Assembly (NCBI GenBank): GCA_002448475.1
Contig: DJYI01000126.1
Location: forward strand, 64,214 to 128,213
Length of the DNA stretch: 64,000 bases
From: Verrucomicrobia bacterium UBA6982
GTDB lineage: Bacteria > Verrucomicrobiota > Kiritimatiellia > RFP12 > UBA3636
Direction: 5' to 3'
The position numbers and the translations under genes were made by a program. Shown here one piece after another: positions 54,504-63,514 of the stretch (its first letter is position 1; every line of letters begins with the position of its first letter). Under the pieces are notes generated by a model, which saw only the letters and a list, made by a program, of their open reading frames with translations, was not told the origin of the DNA and did not search any database.

Positions 54504-55520
54504 TCATTTCCGCTCTTTCCCGCGCTGTTCTTCAAGTGCGAGCGCGGCGGCTGCGCGCAACCCGGCGAACTCTTCCGGCGATCCTTCGCGGACATCCACT
54601 GGCGCAAATGAAAACGTTCGCGGGTCGCGCCCGGAAAAGAAAGCAAGCCATGTGACGGCCTGAAGATACTGGCCTAGGGCGTTCAGATGAATCGTGTCTG
54701 CGCCGAGAGTCGGAGTTCTCCCCTCCGCGCGCGCGGCGGCATCGTTGTTCTCCCAGCGGAAGCTTCCTACGGGATCTCCGCGGAGGTCCGGCTTTTCGCC
54801 GGGTGCGAGCAAGTCGAGAGAGGCTGGGTCGAAGGCGCGCCCGGCCTCTGCAAGGGCGGAGCGACGCAGACGAACCGCCGCCCCGCATGGAATAGTGCGG
54901 AAGCCGAACGTGTCTGCCAGCTTGCTGTATGCGTCCTCAACACGGGCGGACATTCCCGCCTGGTCAAAGCCCCAGGACTTTTCGCCGGGATTAAGCCGGG
55001 CATCGCGGGCGTTGTAGGCCCACGTCTGGTGCACGATGATCTCGGCCTGAGGCGCGAGACGGTGGATTTCGGCAATCAGTTCATCGGCTGCGGGGCGATA
55101 CGTCTCCGGTTTCCAACTCTTGTGGCTGGCCTGCTGGATCGTCACGAAATCCCATGCCTGAGTTGCGAGCATCTGCGGAATGTTCGACTTGAACTTGATT
55201 GGAGAGCCCGGTCTGTCGGCGTGAAACCACCTCACCTCGTATGGGTCGAACTCCGGATCCTCCGCCGCCTTGCGGATGTTTTCCACGTGGCGGTCGAGCG
55301 GGCATCCTCCGATGTAGAGATTGCAGAACTCCACCGGAAACCCTTCGGCCGCAGCCGCTGTCGGGAAGAAGCGGCAGAGACTCAGGGAAAAACTGTTCCC
55401 GATCGCGAGAATGCGGACGGGACGGGCGGCTATCGGCGCCGCCGAAGGAGAATCGGCGGGATCCGCAGCGCAGACGACAGACGACAGAACCATGGCAATC
55501 AAAAGCGACTTGGCATTCAT
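54504..55520 (-). CDS. secreted SGNH/GDSL-family hydrolase-like protein (DUF4886-like)
   Basis: Signal peptide MNAKSLLIAMVLSSVVCA. …ILAIGNSFS… (SGNH block I GDSx-like) and …DTIHLN… (block V DxxH). Confidence 0.7.
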   Translation of the reverse strand: MNAKSLLIAMVLSSVVCAADPADSPSAAPIAARPVRILAIGNSFSLSLCRFFPTAAAAEGFPVEFCNLYIGGCPLDRHVENIRKAAEDPEFDPYEVRWFHADRPGSPIKFKSNIPQMLATQAWDFVTIQQASHKSWKPETYRPAADELIAEIHRLAPQAEIIVHQTWAYNARDARLNPGEKSWGFDQAGMSARVEDAYSKLADTFGFRTIPCGAAVRLRRSALAEAGRAFDPASLDLLAPGEKPDLRGDPVGSFRWENNDAAARAEGRTPTLGADTIHLNALGQYLQAVTWLAFFSGRDPRTFSFAPVDVREGSPEEFAGLRAAAALALEEQRGKERK

Positions 55521-55616
55521 GTGAACGGCAGATTGTGGAAAACCGCCCCTCCGCAGTCAAGCGAAAAATGATTGCGCGCCGCGGCGACAAAGGCAGAGCC
55601 TTTCCACTTTCTCCTG

Positions 55617-55642
55617 AAAAAAAACGGGCGGAGTCAACCCGT
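55617..55642 (-). terminator. candidate rho-independent terminator overlapping the ABC ATPase stop (stem acggg…cccgt; T8 on the minus strand)
   Basis: + strand: aaaaaaaacgggcggagtcaacccgtcg. On the minus strand this reads cgacgggttgactccgcccg followed by tttttttt. Confidence 0.45.
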
Positions 55643-56317
55643 CGCGAGTCCGTCCTTCACGCGGATCGTGCGACGGGCGTAGTCGCAGACTTCGGCGTCG
55701 TGAGTCACTATGACGACAGTAATGCCTCGCTCCTTGTTGAGGCGGCGAAAAAGTTCCAGGATCTCGACCGTCGTCGCCGAATCAAGGTTGCCCGTGGGCT
55801 CGTCCGCAAGGACGATCTCTGGATCGTTGACAAGAGAGCGAGCGATGGCGACCCGCTGCTGCTGGCCGCCGGAGAGCTGCGCAGGAGTGTGCTCAAGGCG
55901 GCCGCCAAGCCCAAGCATTTCGAGCAAGGCCGCCGCCTTGTCGCGCTCAGCCGCCCGCGAGGAGCGGCGTCCGCGCTTGTATTCGAGCGGAAGAAGCACG
56001 TTCTGGAGCGCAGAGGTGCGGGCCAGCAGGTTGAAATTCTGGAAAACCCATCCGATGCGCCGACTGCGAATGTCAGCGCGTCGGTCCGGATCGAGAGACG
56101 AAACGTCCTCGCCGTCAAACCTGTAGGTGCCGCCCGTCGGCGTGTCGAGAAAGCCGAGTATGTTCATCAGCGTCGATTTGCCGGAACCTGAAGCGCCCAT
56201 GAGGGCGACAAGTTCACCCTTTTCAACCGCTATGGACACCCCCTTCAGGACAGGAACGTCGATCCCGCCCGGAAGCCGGTATGTCTTCATGAGGTTTTTA
56301 GTTTCCAGAAGAGGCAT
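55634..56317 (-). CDS. ABC transporter ATP-binding protein (LolD/MacB-type)
   Basis: MPLLETKNLMKTYRLPGG…GASGSGKSTLMNILG… (Walker A), LSGGQQQRVAIARSL (signature), LADEPTGNLD (Walker B). No adjacent permease gene on this strand. Confidence 0.85.
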   Translation of the reverse strand: MPLLETKNLMKTYRLPGGIDVPVLKGVSIAVEKGELVALMGASGSGKSTLMNILGFLDTPTGGTYRFDGEDVSSLDPDRRADIRSRRIGWVFQNFNLLARTSALQNVLLPLEYKRGRRSSRAAERDKAAALLEMLGLGGRLEHTPAQLSGGQQQRVAIARSLVNDPEIVLADEPTGNLDSATTVEILELFRRLNKERGITVVIVTHDAEVCDYARRTIRVKDGLATG

Positions 56318-56438
56318 GGGGAGAGAGAGGGACGCTACACGCGACGAGACGGAATGAAGAGGCGATTCGGACGGAGCAGAAACGCGCAGAAGGAATAACG
56401 GAGACCTACAAGCGAATTACTGGAGGGAACGAACGGAA

Positions 56439-57713
56439 TCAGGCTTTTTCGTAAACGACGCGCTTGGCCTTGCCTTCGGCGCGCGGAAGCGTCCCCGGAG
56501 CGTAAACGTCGCCTTCCGGCGTGAAGCCCAGAACCTCCTTCAGGACCTTGGCCACCTGATGACCGGTGACACCAGGCTGCGCCTCGACTTCCACTCGCAG
56601 TTTTTTCGTGCCGTCATGGTCTTTGATTATGAGACGGTATTCCGGAAGGACGCCGGGGATCTTAAGCAGAGCCTGCTCGATCTGGAGAGGGAAGAAATTC
56701 ACCCCGGAGATGATGAGCATGTCGTCGAGGCGTCCCGAAATGCGATCAAGACGCATGTGAGTGCGGCCGCATTCGCACTTTTCGCGCGAGACGACGCGAG
56801 AAAGGTCGCCTGTGCGGAAACGGATCACCGGAAGCGCCTCGCGAGTTAGAGACGTGGCCACCACCTCGCCGACCTGACCGTCCGGAACGGGATTCCCGGT
56901 CTTTGGATCGACGATCTCGACAATGTATTGATCCTCCCACTGGTGCAAACCGCAGTGGGCGGGGCAGTCCATGCCGAGAGTGCCTATGCCGCCGGTCTCG
57001 GTCATGCCGTAGATGTCAAACGCCTCGATGCCAAGACCGTCGTGGATGCGCCTCTTCATCTCGTCGGAGAAGGACTCCGCGCCAAAGATGCCGATTTTGA
57101 GATTCGGCAGGGCCGTTCCGGTCTGCGCCATCACCTCCATTATGCGAAGGGTGTATGACACCACGCCGGTTATGACGCGGGTGCCGAAGTCACGGGCGAG
57201 CGTCACCTGCCGCGCGGTGTTTCCGGCACCGGTCGGCACGACGAACAATCCGGCCGCGCGGGCGCCGTGGTAGCATCCGAAACCGCCGTTGAAAAGGCCG
57301 AAACCTGGCGTGATCTGGCAGACGTCACCGCTACGCGCGCCCGCCATGACATAGCACCGCGCCATGCACTCCGCCCACTGGGCAAGATCGCCTGCGGTGT
57401 ATGGCATTACGACCGGGGTGCCCGTCGAGCCGCTGCTCATGTGCATTTCAGCGAGCGACGCCTTCGGAACGCAGCACATTCCGAGCGGATACTGCTCACG
57501 AAAGTCCTTCTTGGACATGAAAGGCAGCTTTTCGAGATCTTCGAGACCGCGGAACGTCGCGGCATCGACGCCAGCCTGTTCAAAGCGCGCGCGAAACCAG
57601 TCGTTGGACGAGGCGACGTGGCGGACTATGGAGCGCAGACGCTCGTCCTGAATGGCGGTAAGACGACTGCGATCCATCGTCTCGGCGGCGGGATTGTGGC
57701 AGGAGAATTTCAT
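56439..57713 (-). CDS. phenylacetate-CoA ligase (PaaK) / CapK-family adenylate-forming enzyme
   Basis: …SSGSTGTPV… (AMP-binding SSGTTG), …YGMTE…, and a C-terminal …RLIIKDHDGTKKLRVEVE… ACT-like tail typical of the PaaK family. Confidence 0.8.
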   Translation of the reverse strand: MKFSCHNPAAETMDRSRLTAIQDERLRSIVRHVASSNDWFRARFEQAGVDAATFRGLEDLEKLPFMSKKDFREQYPLGMCCVPKASLAEMHMSSGSTGTPVVMPYTAGDLAQWAECMARCYVMAGARSGDVCQITPGFGLFNGGFGCYHGARAAGLFVVPTGAGNTARQVTLARDFGTRVITGVVSYTLRIMEVMAQTGTALPNLKIGIFGAESFSDEMKRRIHDGLGIEAFDIYGMTETGGIGTLGMDCPAHCGLHQWEDQYIVEIVDPKTGNPVPDGQVGEVVATSLTREALPVIRFRTGDLSRVVSREKCECGRTHMRLDRISGRLDDMLIISGVNFFPLQIEQALLKIPGVLPEYRLIIKDHDGTKKLRVEVEAQPGVTGHQVAKVLKEVLGFTPEGDVYAPGTLPRAEGKAKRVVYEKA

Positions 57714-57775
57714 TGTTTGAGTGTAGGTTGGCGTGAAAATCGCGGATGGAGGACTGGGTTGCGTCCAAGGAGGCG

Positions 57776-58696
57776 TCAGTGCACGAACCAGACGACGTAG
57801 GCATACATGAACGGCGCGGAAAAGAGCAGACTGTCAAGGATGTCAAGTATGCCGCCCATGCCGGGAAAGCGCGTGGAGGAATCCTTCACTCCGACGGAGC
57901 GCTTCACGAGCGACTCGGCCAGGTCACCGAAAACCCCGGTCGTCGTCAGAAGGAGAGGCAACGCGACGGCGTGGACGAACGGAAAGCGCAACTGCCCGAG
58001 CCGACCGTCACCAAAGCCCCAGTGCAGCACGGCCCAGAAAACCAGTCCGGAAAACATCGACATGGCGTATGCCCCGAAAAGACCCTCAACCGTCTTTGCC
58101 GGCGACACTTCCGGAATGAGTTTACGCCGCCCCCAGATGCGACCAGCCGTGTAGGCCCCGATGTCCGAGGTCTTGACGAGAACTATGAAAAGCAGAAGAA
58201 GGATGCGCCCGGTGTAGTTCGTGTGCCCGTCAGGCAGAACCGGAAACTCGAACGCTAGGCGGACGATGAACGAAAGAAGGACGGGCACGTACCAAAAGCC
58301 GGCGTATGACACTGCGAACGTCTCCATCGCGCGCTCCGTGCGGCGACGGAGAACGCCAAGCGCGAGCAACGCGGCGGGAGCGAGCGCAAGTAAGAACGCC
58401 GAGGCGTCCATGCGAAGCGGTGAAAGGCCGGCTGGGAACCAGGACAGATGGCCGAATCGCGATGCGGCGACGGGAGATTCGGCGGCAGTGACGAGAAGAA
58501 AGGCCGCGCCGAGAACGCTAGTCGTCCAAATGGCATAGCGCAACCCGGCGGCGCGGGCCATGTCGTTCCACTCCATCTGCGCGATGGCGAAGACCACGCC
58601 GAGCAGCACGAGGTGCAGCCATGCGGGGAAGAAGAAGAGAATGCCGAAAACGACAACGCAAACGGCGACTCCCGTCATGATTCTATGTCTGAGCAT
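57776..58696 (-). CDS. cdsA: phosphatidate cytidylyltransferase
   Basis: Multi-TM protein with a C-terminal …SPAKTVEGLFG…SLVKRSVGVKDSS…PGMGGILD… (CdsA signature). Start at the internal ATG 58694-58696 to avoid overlap with the upstream gene. Confidence 0.75.
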   Translation of the reverse strand: MLRHRIMTGVAVCVVVFGILFFFPAWLHLVLLGVVFAIAQMEWNDMARAAGLRYAIWTTSVLGAAFLLVTAAESPVAASRFGHLSWFPAGLSPLRMDASAFLLALAPAALLALGVLRRRTERAMETFAVSYAGFWYVPVLLSFIVRLAFEFPVLPDGHTNYTGRILLLLFIVLVKTSDIGAYTAGRIWGRRKLIPEVSPAKTVEGLFGAYAMSMFSGLVFWAVLHWGFGDGRLGQLRFPFVHAVALPLLLTTTGVFGDLAESLVKRSVGVKDSSTRFPGMGGILDILDSLLFSAPFMYAYVVWFVH

Positions 58697-60222
58697 CAAT
58701 AGGCCCCCCTTGTGAAAAGCACTGCCCACGCCGTGCGGATGAGAATGCGGGCGTCAAGCATCCAGTTTCGGTTGAGGGCATACCAGACGTCGAGCAGGGC
58801 CATGCTGTCGAACCCGATGTCGCTGCGGCCCGTCACCTGCCAGATGCACGTGATCCCCGGAGGAACGCTCTGACGGAATCCCTGCCACGAGGCAAGATAC
58901 GGCTCGATGTCCGAGCACGGTAGCGGACGCGGGCCGACGAACCGCATCTGGCCGCACAGGACGTTGAAGAGCTGTGGCAGCTCATCGATCGACGTGCGCC
59001 GCAGGAAGCGCCCGACACGAGTCACGCGCGGATCGTCGTGCATCTTGAACAGGGCGCCGTCCGTCTCGTTTCTGTCCTTGAGGGCGGCAAGACGCGCCTC
59101 GGCGTCAACGCACATGGTGCGGAACTTCCACATCCGGAACTTCTTCGCGCCAAGCCCGTAGCGATCCTGACTGAAGAACACCGGACCGCCGTCGTCAAGT
59201 TTGATCGCGACCGCCGCGGCGAGCAGGATCGGCGAAACCACGACAAGGCCAAGCGCGGCCGCGACGCGCTCCAGAGCCGTGCGCAGCGGCGACGGGGCGA
59301 AGTGCCGCCCGGCCATCGAAAAGTGGACCAGCGGGACGCCATGGACGGAATCGCCGTATTCGAACGGATTGTGCAGGCGCAGAAAGCGCGGAAACAGCAC
59401 GATCGTCTCCAGACCGGCGCGCACGGAGTGACCAAGGATCGTCTGGCGCACGGTGTCCGGCGTGTTCTCCTTCGGTAGCAGGAAGAGCGTCGCGATGCGG
59501 TCCTGCGCCGCCGACGCGATAAGAGACTCGGACTCACCAGGCGTTTTCGGAGTAGGAAACCGCGCCACGATGCGGTGCCCCTTGAGCCGCCCCAGTTCGG
59601 AAAGCCTTTGCAGCCAGTCGGCTTCGGCCCCCTCCCCGACAAGTATCGAGCGAAGAAGCAGAGTTCCGCGACGGCGGCGAATGTGATCGACCACGGCGTT
59701 GGTGACGCGCCGGGCAAGCCAAGTGCAGGGCACGTTGAGAATCAGCACGAGCGGAAGAAATCCACGCATGTGGAACGTGTCCTTCTGGAAATACAAAGAT
59801 GTGGCCATCGCCGCCAGCAGCACCGCGTTGGCGACGAGAAGATTCCACATCAGCGGCGTGTGCCTCAGCCGCCTGTCGCCCTCATACATCCCCGAAATGG
59901 CGTAGAAAAGGCACAGTGGCGCGAAAAGGCACAGGATGTAAAGCGGGGAGGACAACACGTAGGAGACGGCGTAGTGCGAGCGCGCGGCCGCCGCGGAGGC
60001 GCCCGCCGTGTCCGCAGCGACGCGAAGAGGATCGAGATTGAAGCCGAAGCGCAGCAGATACGCCAGCAAATACGAAACACAGAGGCCGATGAAATCGTCC
60101 AGAACATGGATGGCGCGGATTTTCCGCACCCCGCGCTCGGATGGATTGCGTGGGACTGACGACGCGTCAAAGCCCGCGTTGACCGGACCTGGCACCGGAG
60201 TCTGCCGCTTGCTTTTAGTCAT
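58696..60222 (-). CDS. undecaprenyl-phosphate sugar phosphotransferase (bacterial sugar transferase, WcaJ/EpsB-like; exopolysaccharide initiation)
   Basis: C-terminal …GPRPLPCSDIEPY…PGITCIWQVTGRSD… (PF02397-type motif) plus an N-terminal TM bundle and central NAD-binding-like domain. ATG at 60220-60222 with a GGAG RBS. Confidence 0.8.
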   Translation of the reverse strand: MTKSKRQTPVPGPVNAGFDASSVPRNPSERGVRKIRAIHVLDDFIGLCVSYLLAYLLRFGFNLDPLRVAADTAGASAAAARSHYAVSYVLSSPLYILCLFAPLCLFYAISGMYEGDRRLRHTPLMWNLLVANAVLLAAMATSLYFQKDTFHMRGFLPLVLILNVPCTWLARRVTNAVVDHIRRRRGTLLLRSILVGEGAEADWLQRLSELGRLKGHRIVARFPTPKTPGESESLIASAAQDRIATLFLLPKENTPDTVRQTILGHSVRAGLETIVLFPRFLRLHNPFEYGDSVHGVPLVHFSMAGRHFAPSPLRTALERVAAALGLVVVSPILLAAAVAIKLDDGGPVFFSQDRYGLGAKKFRMWKFRTMCVDAEARLAALKDRNETDGALFKMHDDPRVTRVGRFLRRTSIDELPQLFNVLCGQMRFVGPRPLPCSDIEPYLASWQGFRQSVPPGITCIWQVTGRSDIGFDSMALLDVWYALNRNWMLDARILIRTAWAVLFTRGAY

Positions 60223-61385
60223 TTTCCGGTCTCCGTTTTTGCTTCGCCCTTCGACCGCCCGGAGCCATTCGCACCGAATGCGCGAACCGAACGCAGAAGA
60301 GCCGCGACGGCCTCCTTTTCGGCGATCTTCGCCTTGCGAACGCCGCGCTCGTAGAGAAAGAAGCAATTGTCGCCGCCGACAAGCGCGACATCCGCGTCGC
60401 GCGCCTCGCCGGGACCATTTACGACGCAACCCATGACGGCGACGCGCGGGCGAGGAAGATCGGGGTCGGCGCGATAGAGAGCTTCGAGGGCGTCCTCAAC
60501 CGCCGAAGCGGTCCCGAACACATCGCATCTGGTGCGCCCGCAGGTTGGGCAGCTTGTGACGGACGCGCCGCCGCCGTCGCGCAGGCCAAGCGCGCGCAGC
60601 AGCTCCAGCCCCACGCGCACCTCTTCGCGCGGCGGAGCCGTAAGGGAGACGCGGATCGTGTCCCCGATTCCCTCTCCGAGCAGAACGCCCAGCGCCGCGG
60701 CGGACGCAGCGGTGCCGCGGCGCAGAGTCCCGGCCTCCGTCAGGCCGACGTGGACCGGACGATCGGTGCGCGAAGCGAGGAGTCGGTAGGCGGCGACGCA
60801 GCGCGGCACGTCTGACGCCTTTACGCTGACGACGACATCGTCAAACCCGGCGTTCTCCAATACGCCCACCTCCGACAGCGCGCTTTCGACGAGCGCCTCA
60901 GCCGTCGCTCCGCCGTATTTCGCGAGAACGTCGGGAGCAATGGAGCCGGCATTGACTCCGACGCGGATCGGGGCGCCGCTGTCCCTGGCGGCGGCCGCGA
61001 CTTCGCGGACCTTTGCGGAGCTCCCTATGTTGCCGGGATTTATGCGTAGGCCGTCCGCGCCGGCCGCAAGCGCGGCAAGCGCCAGACGATGGTCGAAATG
61101 GATGTCGGCCACGATCGGACGCCCAGGACCGAGCAGACGCTTGATCCGGCCGAGGGCGATGGCGGCGTCGGAGTCGGGAACGGCGAAGCGGACAACATCC
61201 GCTCCGGAGTCAAAACACTCTGACGCCTGCGCCGCGGCCGCCTCCGCGTCCCGCGTGTCGGCGGTAGCCATGGTCTGCACGGAAACGGGAGCCCCGCCGC
61301 CAATTCGAAGGGCACCCAGCAGGACGCTCCGCGTCTTGCGGCGCGGCGCAGGAAAAGCCGTGACGAGTGGCGCGGCGGCGTTCAT
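60219..61385 (-). CDS. ispG: 4-hydroxy-3-methylbut-2-en-1-yl diphosphate synthase (flavodoxin)
   Basis: …APVSVQTM…, …RINPGNIG…, and …CPTCGRT… (Fe-S Cys triad) are GcpE signatures. Confidence 0.9.
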   Translation of the reverse strand: MNAAAPLVTAFPAPRRKTRSVLLGALRIGGGAPVSVQTMATADTRDAEAAAAQASECFDSGADVVRFAVPDSDAAIALGRIKRLLGPGRPIVADIHFDHRLALAALAAGADGLRINPGNIGSSAKVREVAAAARDSGAPIRVGVNAGSIAPDVLAKYGGATAEALVESALSEVGVLENAGFDDVVVSVKASDVPRCVAAYRLLASRTDRPVHVGLTEAGTLRRGTAASAAALGVLLGEGIGDTIRVSLTAPPREEVRVGLELLRALGLRDGGGASVTSCPTCGRTRCDVFGTASAVEDALEALYRADPDLPRPRVAVMGCVVNGPGEARDADVALVGGDNCFFLYERGVRKAKIAEKEAVAALLRSVRAFGANGSGRSKGEAKTETGK

Positions 61386-63145
61386 CCGAACATCCTCCAC
61401 AGCCGCGCGGCGTCACAGCCCGAAAGCAGCACGAACAGGCCGATCAAAAGGACTCCGAACGCATTCACCAACGCCTCCACGACCCGGCGTGGAATTTCCC
61501 GCCCGGTCACGCCTCTCCATAGCGCGAAAACGACATGGCCGCCATCGAGCACGGGAATCGGAAGGAGATTCACCATCGCGAGGTTCACGTTCAGGAACCG
61601 CACGAAGCCGAGGGCTGCGGAAAAGTTCGCGAGGACCCACATCCACATGGAGGAAAGGATGAGAACAGGGCCGCCGAGGGACGTCCCGACGCGCTTGAGT
61701 TCGCCCTTGTGGCGAGACCCGAACAGTGGAGAAAACACCCGCCAGACCGCTGCGGCGTCACCCTTGAGCTGCGCCAGCGGCGCGCGGTGGCGCGACCAGA
61801 CTGGGACAGACGCGTTGACCGACGCCGCAACAAAGCCCAGCGCGGCCAGTTCTGCGTCCGCGCCGCCCGGGGCGGCGAGCGCCAGACCGGCGAACGGAAC
61901 GGTTTCCCCGCTCTCCGGATCTCTGCGGACGCCGGGGACGACCTCGATGCGGCTGACAACTCCAGTCCACGGCGCCGAAACAACGTCAAGGGCAAGCGCC
62001 GCGCCACCGCATTCGCGAACGAGCGACACAAAGTGGTCAGGAGACTTGACCTCGGCGCCACCGACGGCGAGAACTACATCCCCGGGCCTCATGCCAGCCG
62101 CCTCGGCCGCGCCGCCCGGAACAACGCCAACTGCGAGACATCCGTTCGACGGCCGATCCGACGCGTTGACGGCCTCCGCGGCATCCAGTCGGACTTCGAC
62201 CGGCTTCCCGCCACGCAGAACTGAAAGAGCCACCGCGTCGCCGCCGCCCGTCGTGACAGAATCGCGGACGAGCGAAAAAAGATGCTCGCGCGAAACGCAG
62301 CGCGTCCCGCCCACGGAAAGAATTGCGTCCCCTTCCTTCAGCCCAGCGGCCGCCGCTGCGCCGTCAGGAAATACTACGCCGACACCAACCGGCTCGGCCT
62401 GCGCGAGACCGTCCACGCGCCATGTCCCGGCGGAGGAGCGCGACGCGACGGGGGTCACGACTCGTGCGGCGCCGTCGAAACGATTGGAAACCGCAATGGA
62501 AAACGCCCCGTCGCCCGAAAGCAGATGAACCTCCTGCACAAAATCCGCCCAGGAAGAGACGCGGCGGTCGGCCACCGACAAAATCTGGTCTCCGGGCCGG
62601 AACCCCGCCGCGTCGGCATCGCTGTCCGGCTCGACGGCCCCCACCAGGGCGCCGCCGAAATCGAGACGTGGATCCGCCACGGGCGGCAGCACGGAGACAA
62701 AAAACGCGAGAGGAACGGCAAGGATCAGATTCCCGGCGGGACCCGCGACCGAAACGATCACGCGCTTCCACCACGCCGCCGGCTCAAATGCCGAAGGCGC
62801 CGCGTCCGCCGCCTCCGTCTCCGCCTTGTCGGATTGGGAGGGACTCTTTCCCTGAACGCGCGACATTCCGGCCGGATCAAGCTGCGGAAGAGCGACGTAG
62901 CCGCCAAACGGGATCGCGCAGAAGCGGAACTCAGTCCCGCGCCACGACCGCTTCAGCAGAATCGGTCCGAAACCAAGGGAAAAGGCGTCGGCGCGCAGAC
63001 CAAGCAGACGCGCGGCGAGAAAATGCCCGCCCTCATGGACGAGGATGGAAATGGAAAAAAACAGAAAGACCGCGACCGCGGCCAAAATCCAGGATGCGAT
63101 CCGGGAAAATGACGCAGAGGCAAGAAGGACGGCGGAAAGCGACAT
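61382..63145 (-). CDS. rseP: RIP metalloprotease RseP (site-2 protease) with PDZ domains
   Basis: HEGGHFLAA (HExxH) near the N-terminus, PDZ-like regions, C-terminal …NLLPIPVLDGGH… (LDG motif). ATG at 63143-63145 (MSLSAVLL…). The ORF-track N-extension overlaps tRNA-Arg and is rejected. Confidence 0.85.
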   Translation of the reverse strand: MSLSAVLLASASFSRIASWILAAVAVFLFFSISILVHEGGHFLAARLLGLRADAFSLGFGPILLKRSWRGTEFRFCAIPFGGYVALPQLDPAGMSRVQGKSPSQSDKAETEAADAAPSAFEPAAWWKRVIVSVAGPAGNLILAVPLAFFVSVLPPVADPRLDFGGALVGAVEPDSDADAAGFRPGDQILSVADRRVSSWADFVQEVHLLSGDGAFSIAVSNRFDGAARVVTPVASRSSAGTWRVDGLAQAEPVGVGVVFPDGAAAAAGLKEGDAILSVGGTRCVSREHLFSLVRDSVTTGGGDAVALSVLRGGKPVEVRLDAAEAVNASDRPSNGCLAVGVVPGGAAEAAGMRPGDVVLAVGGAEVKSPDHFVSLVRECGGAALALDVVSAPWTGVVSRIEVVPGVRRDPESGETVPFAGLALAAPGGADAELAALGFVAASVNASVPVWSRHRAPLAQLKGDAAAVWRVFSPLFGSRHKGELKRVGTSLGGPVLILSSMWMWVLANFSAALGFVRFLNVNLAMVNLLPIPVLDGGHVVFALWRGVTGREIPRRVVEALVNAFGVLLIGLFVLLSGCDAARLWRMFG

Positions 63146-63209
63146 GGCAAAAAAGGCGCAACATCCGCCGCACGGTCTCGCACGGAAACGACCGGCGCGG
63201 AAAAAAGAA

Positions 63210-63286
63210 TGGTGCGTCTGGCGGGGATCGAACCCACAACCTTCAGCTCCGGAGGCTGACGCTCTGTCCAATTGAGCTACAGACGC
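63210..63286 (-). tRNA. tRNA-Arg (anticodon CCG), CCA encoded
   Basis: Minus strand: GCGTCTGTAGCTCAATTGGACAGAGCGTCAGCCTCCGGAGCTGAAGGTTGTGGGTTCGATCCCCGCCAGACGCACCA. The acceptor GCGTCTG/CAGACGC pairs, the anticodon loop is CUCCGGA, and the T-loop is GGTTCGATCC. Confidence 0.85.
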
Positions 63287-63306
63287 ACGAAAAGAACGGG
63301 CGCAAG

Positions 63307-63333
63307 ACTATAGCAAAGCCTCTTTGGATGCAA
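63307..63333 (-). promoter_or_regulatory. candidate sigma70 promoter for tRNA-Arg (-35 TTGCAT, 15-nt spacer, -10 TATAGT)
   Basis: Minus reading: gTTGCATccaaagaggctttgcTATAGTcttgcgcccgttcttttc, then the tRNA 5' end. Confidence 0.4.
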
Positions 63334-63412
63334 CAAAAACCACGCCTGAAAAAAACATTTGACTTCAAACGGGCTTTGTGGGACACTCCGCCCCCGTTCC
63401 GTTACCTCACGT

Positions 63413-63497
63413 GGTGGGTTACCCAAGCGGTCAACGGGGGCAGACTGTAAATCTGCTGGCGATGCCTTCCAACGTTCGAATCGTTGACCCACCACCA
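63413..63497 (+). tRNA. tRNA-Tyr (anticodon GTA), type II long variable arm, CCA encoded
   Basis: GGTGGGTTACCCAAGCGGTCAACGGGGGCAGACTGTAAATCTGCTGGCGATGCCTTCCAACGTTCGAATCGTTGACCCACCACCA. The acceptor GGTGGGT/ACCCACC pairs and the anticodon loop is CUGUAAA. Confidence 0.85.
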
Positions 63498-63514
63498 TTT
63501 TTCTTTTCCGAGCC

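Noticed and set aside
54442-54560. TPP (THI-box) riboswitch upstream of thiG
   Set aside because: Only a GGCUGAGA-like fragment is present in the 62-nt leader. The conserved CCUGAUC…UAAUACC pyrophosphate-sensing helix is absent and the preceding gene's coding region abuts.
63146-63271. N-terminal 42-aa extension of the rseP ORF
   Set aside because: It overlaps the tRNA-Arg gene (63210-63286) and is R/G-rich. The ATG at 63145 gives the expected TM plus HEGGH start.
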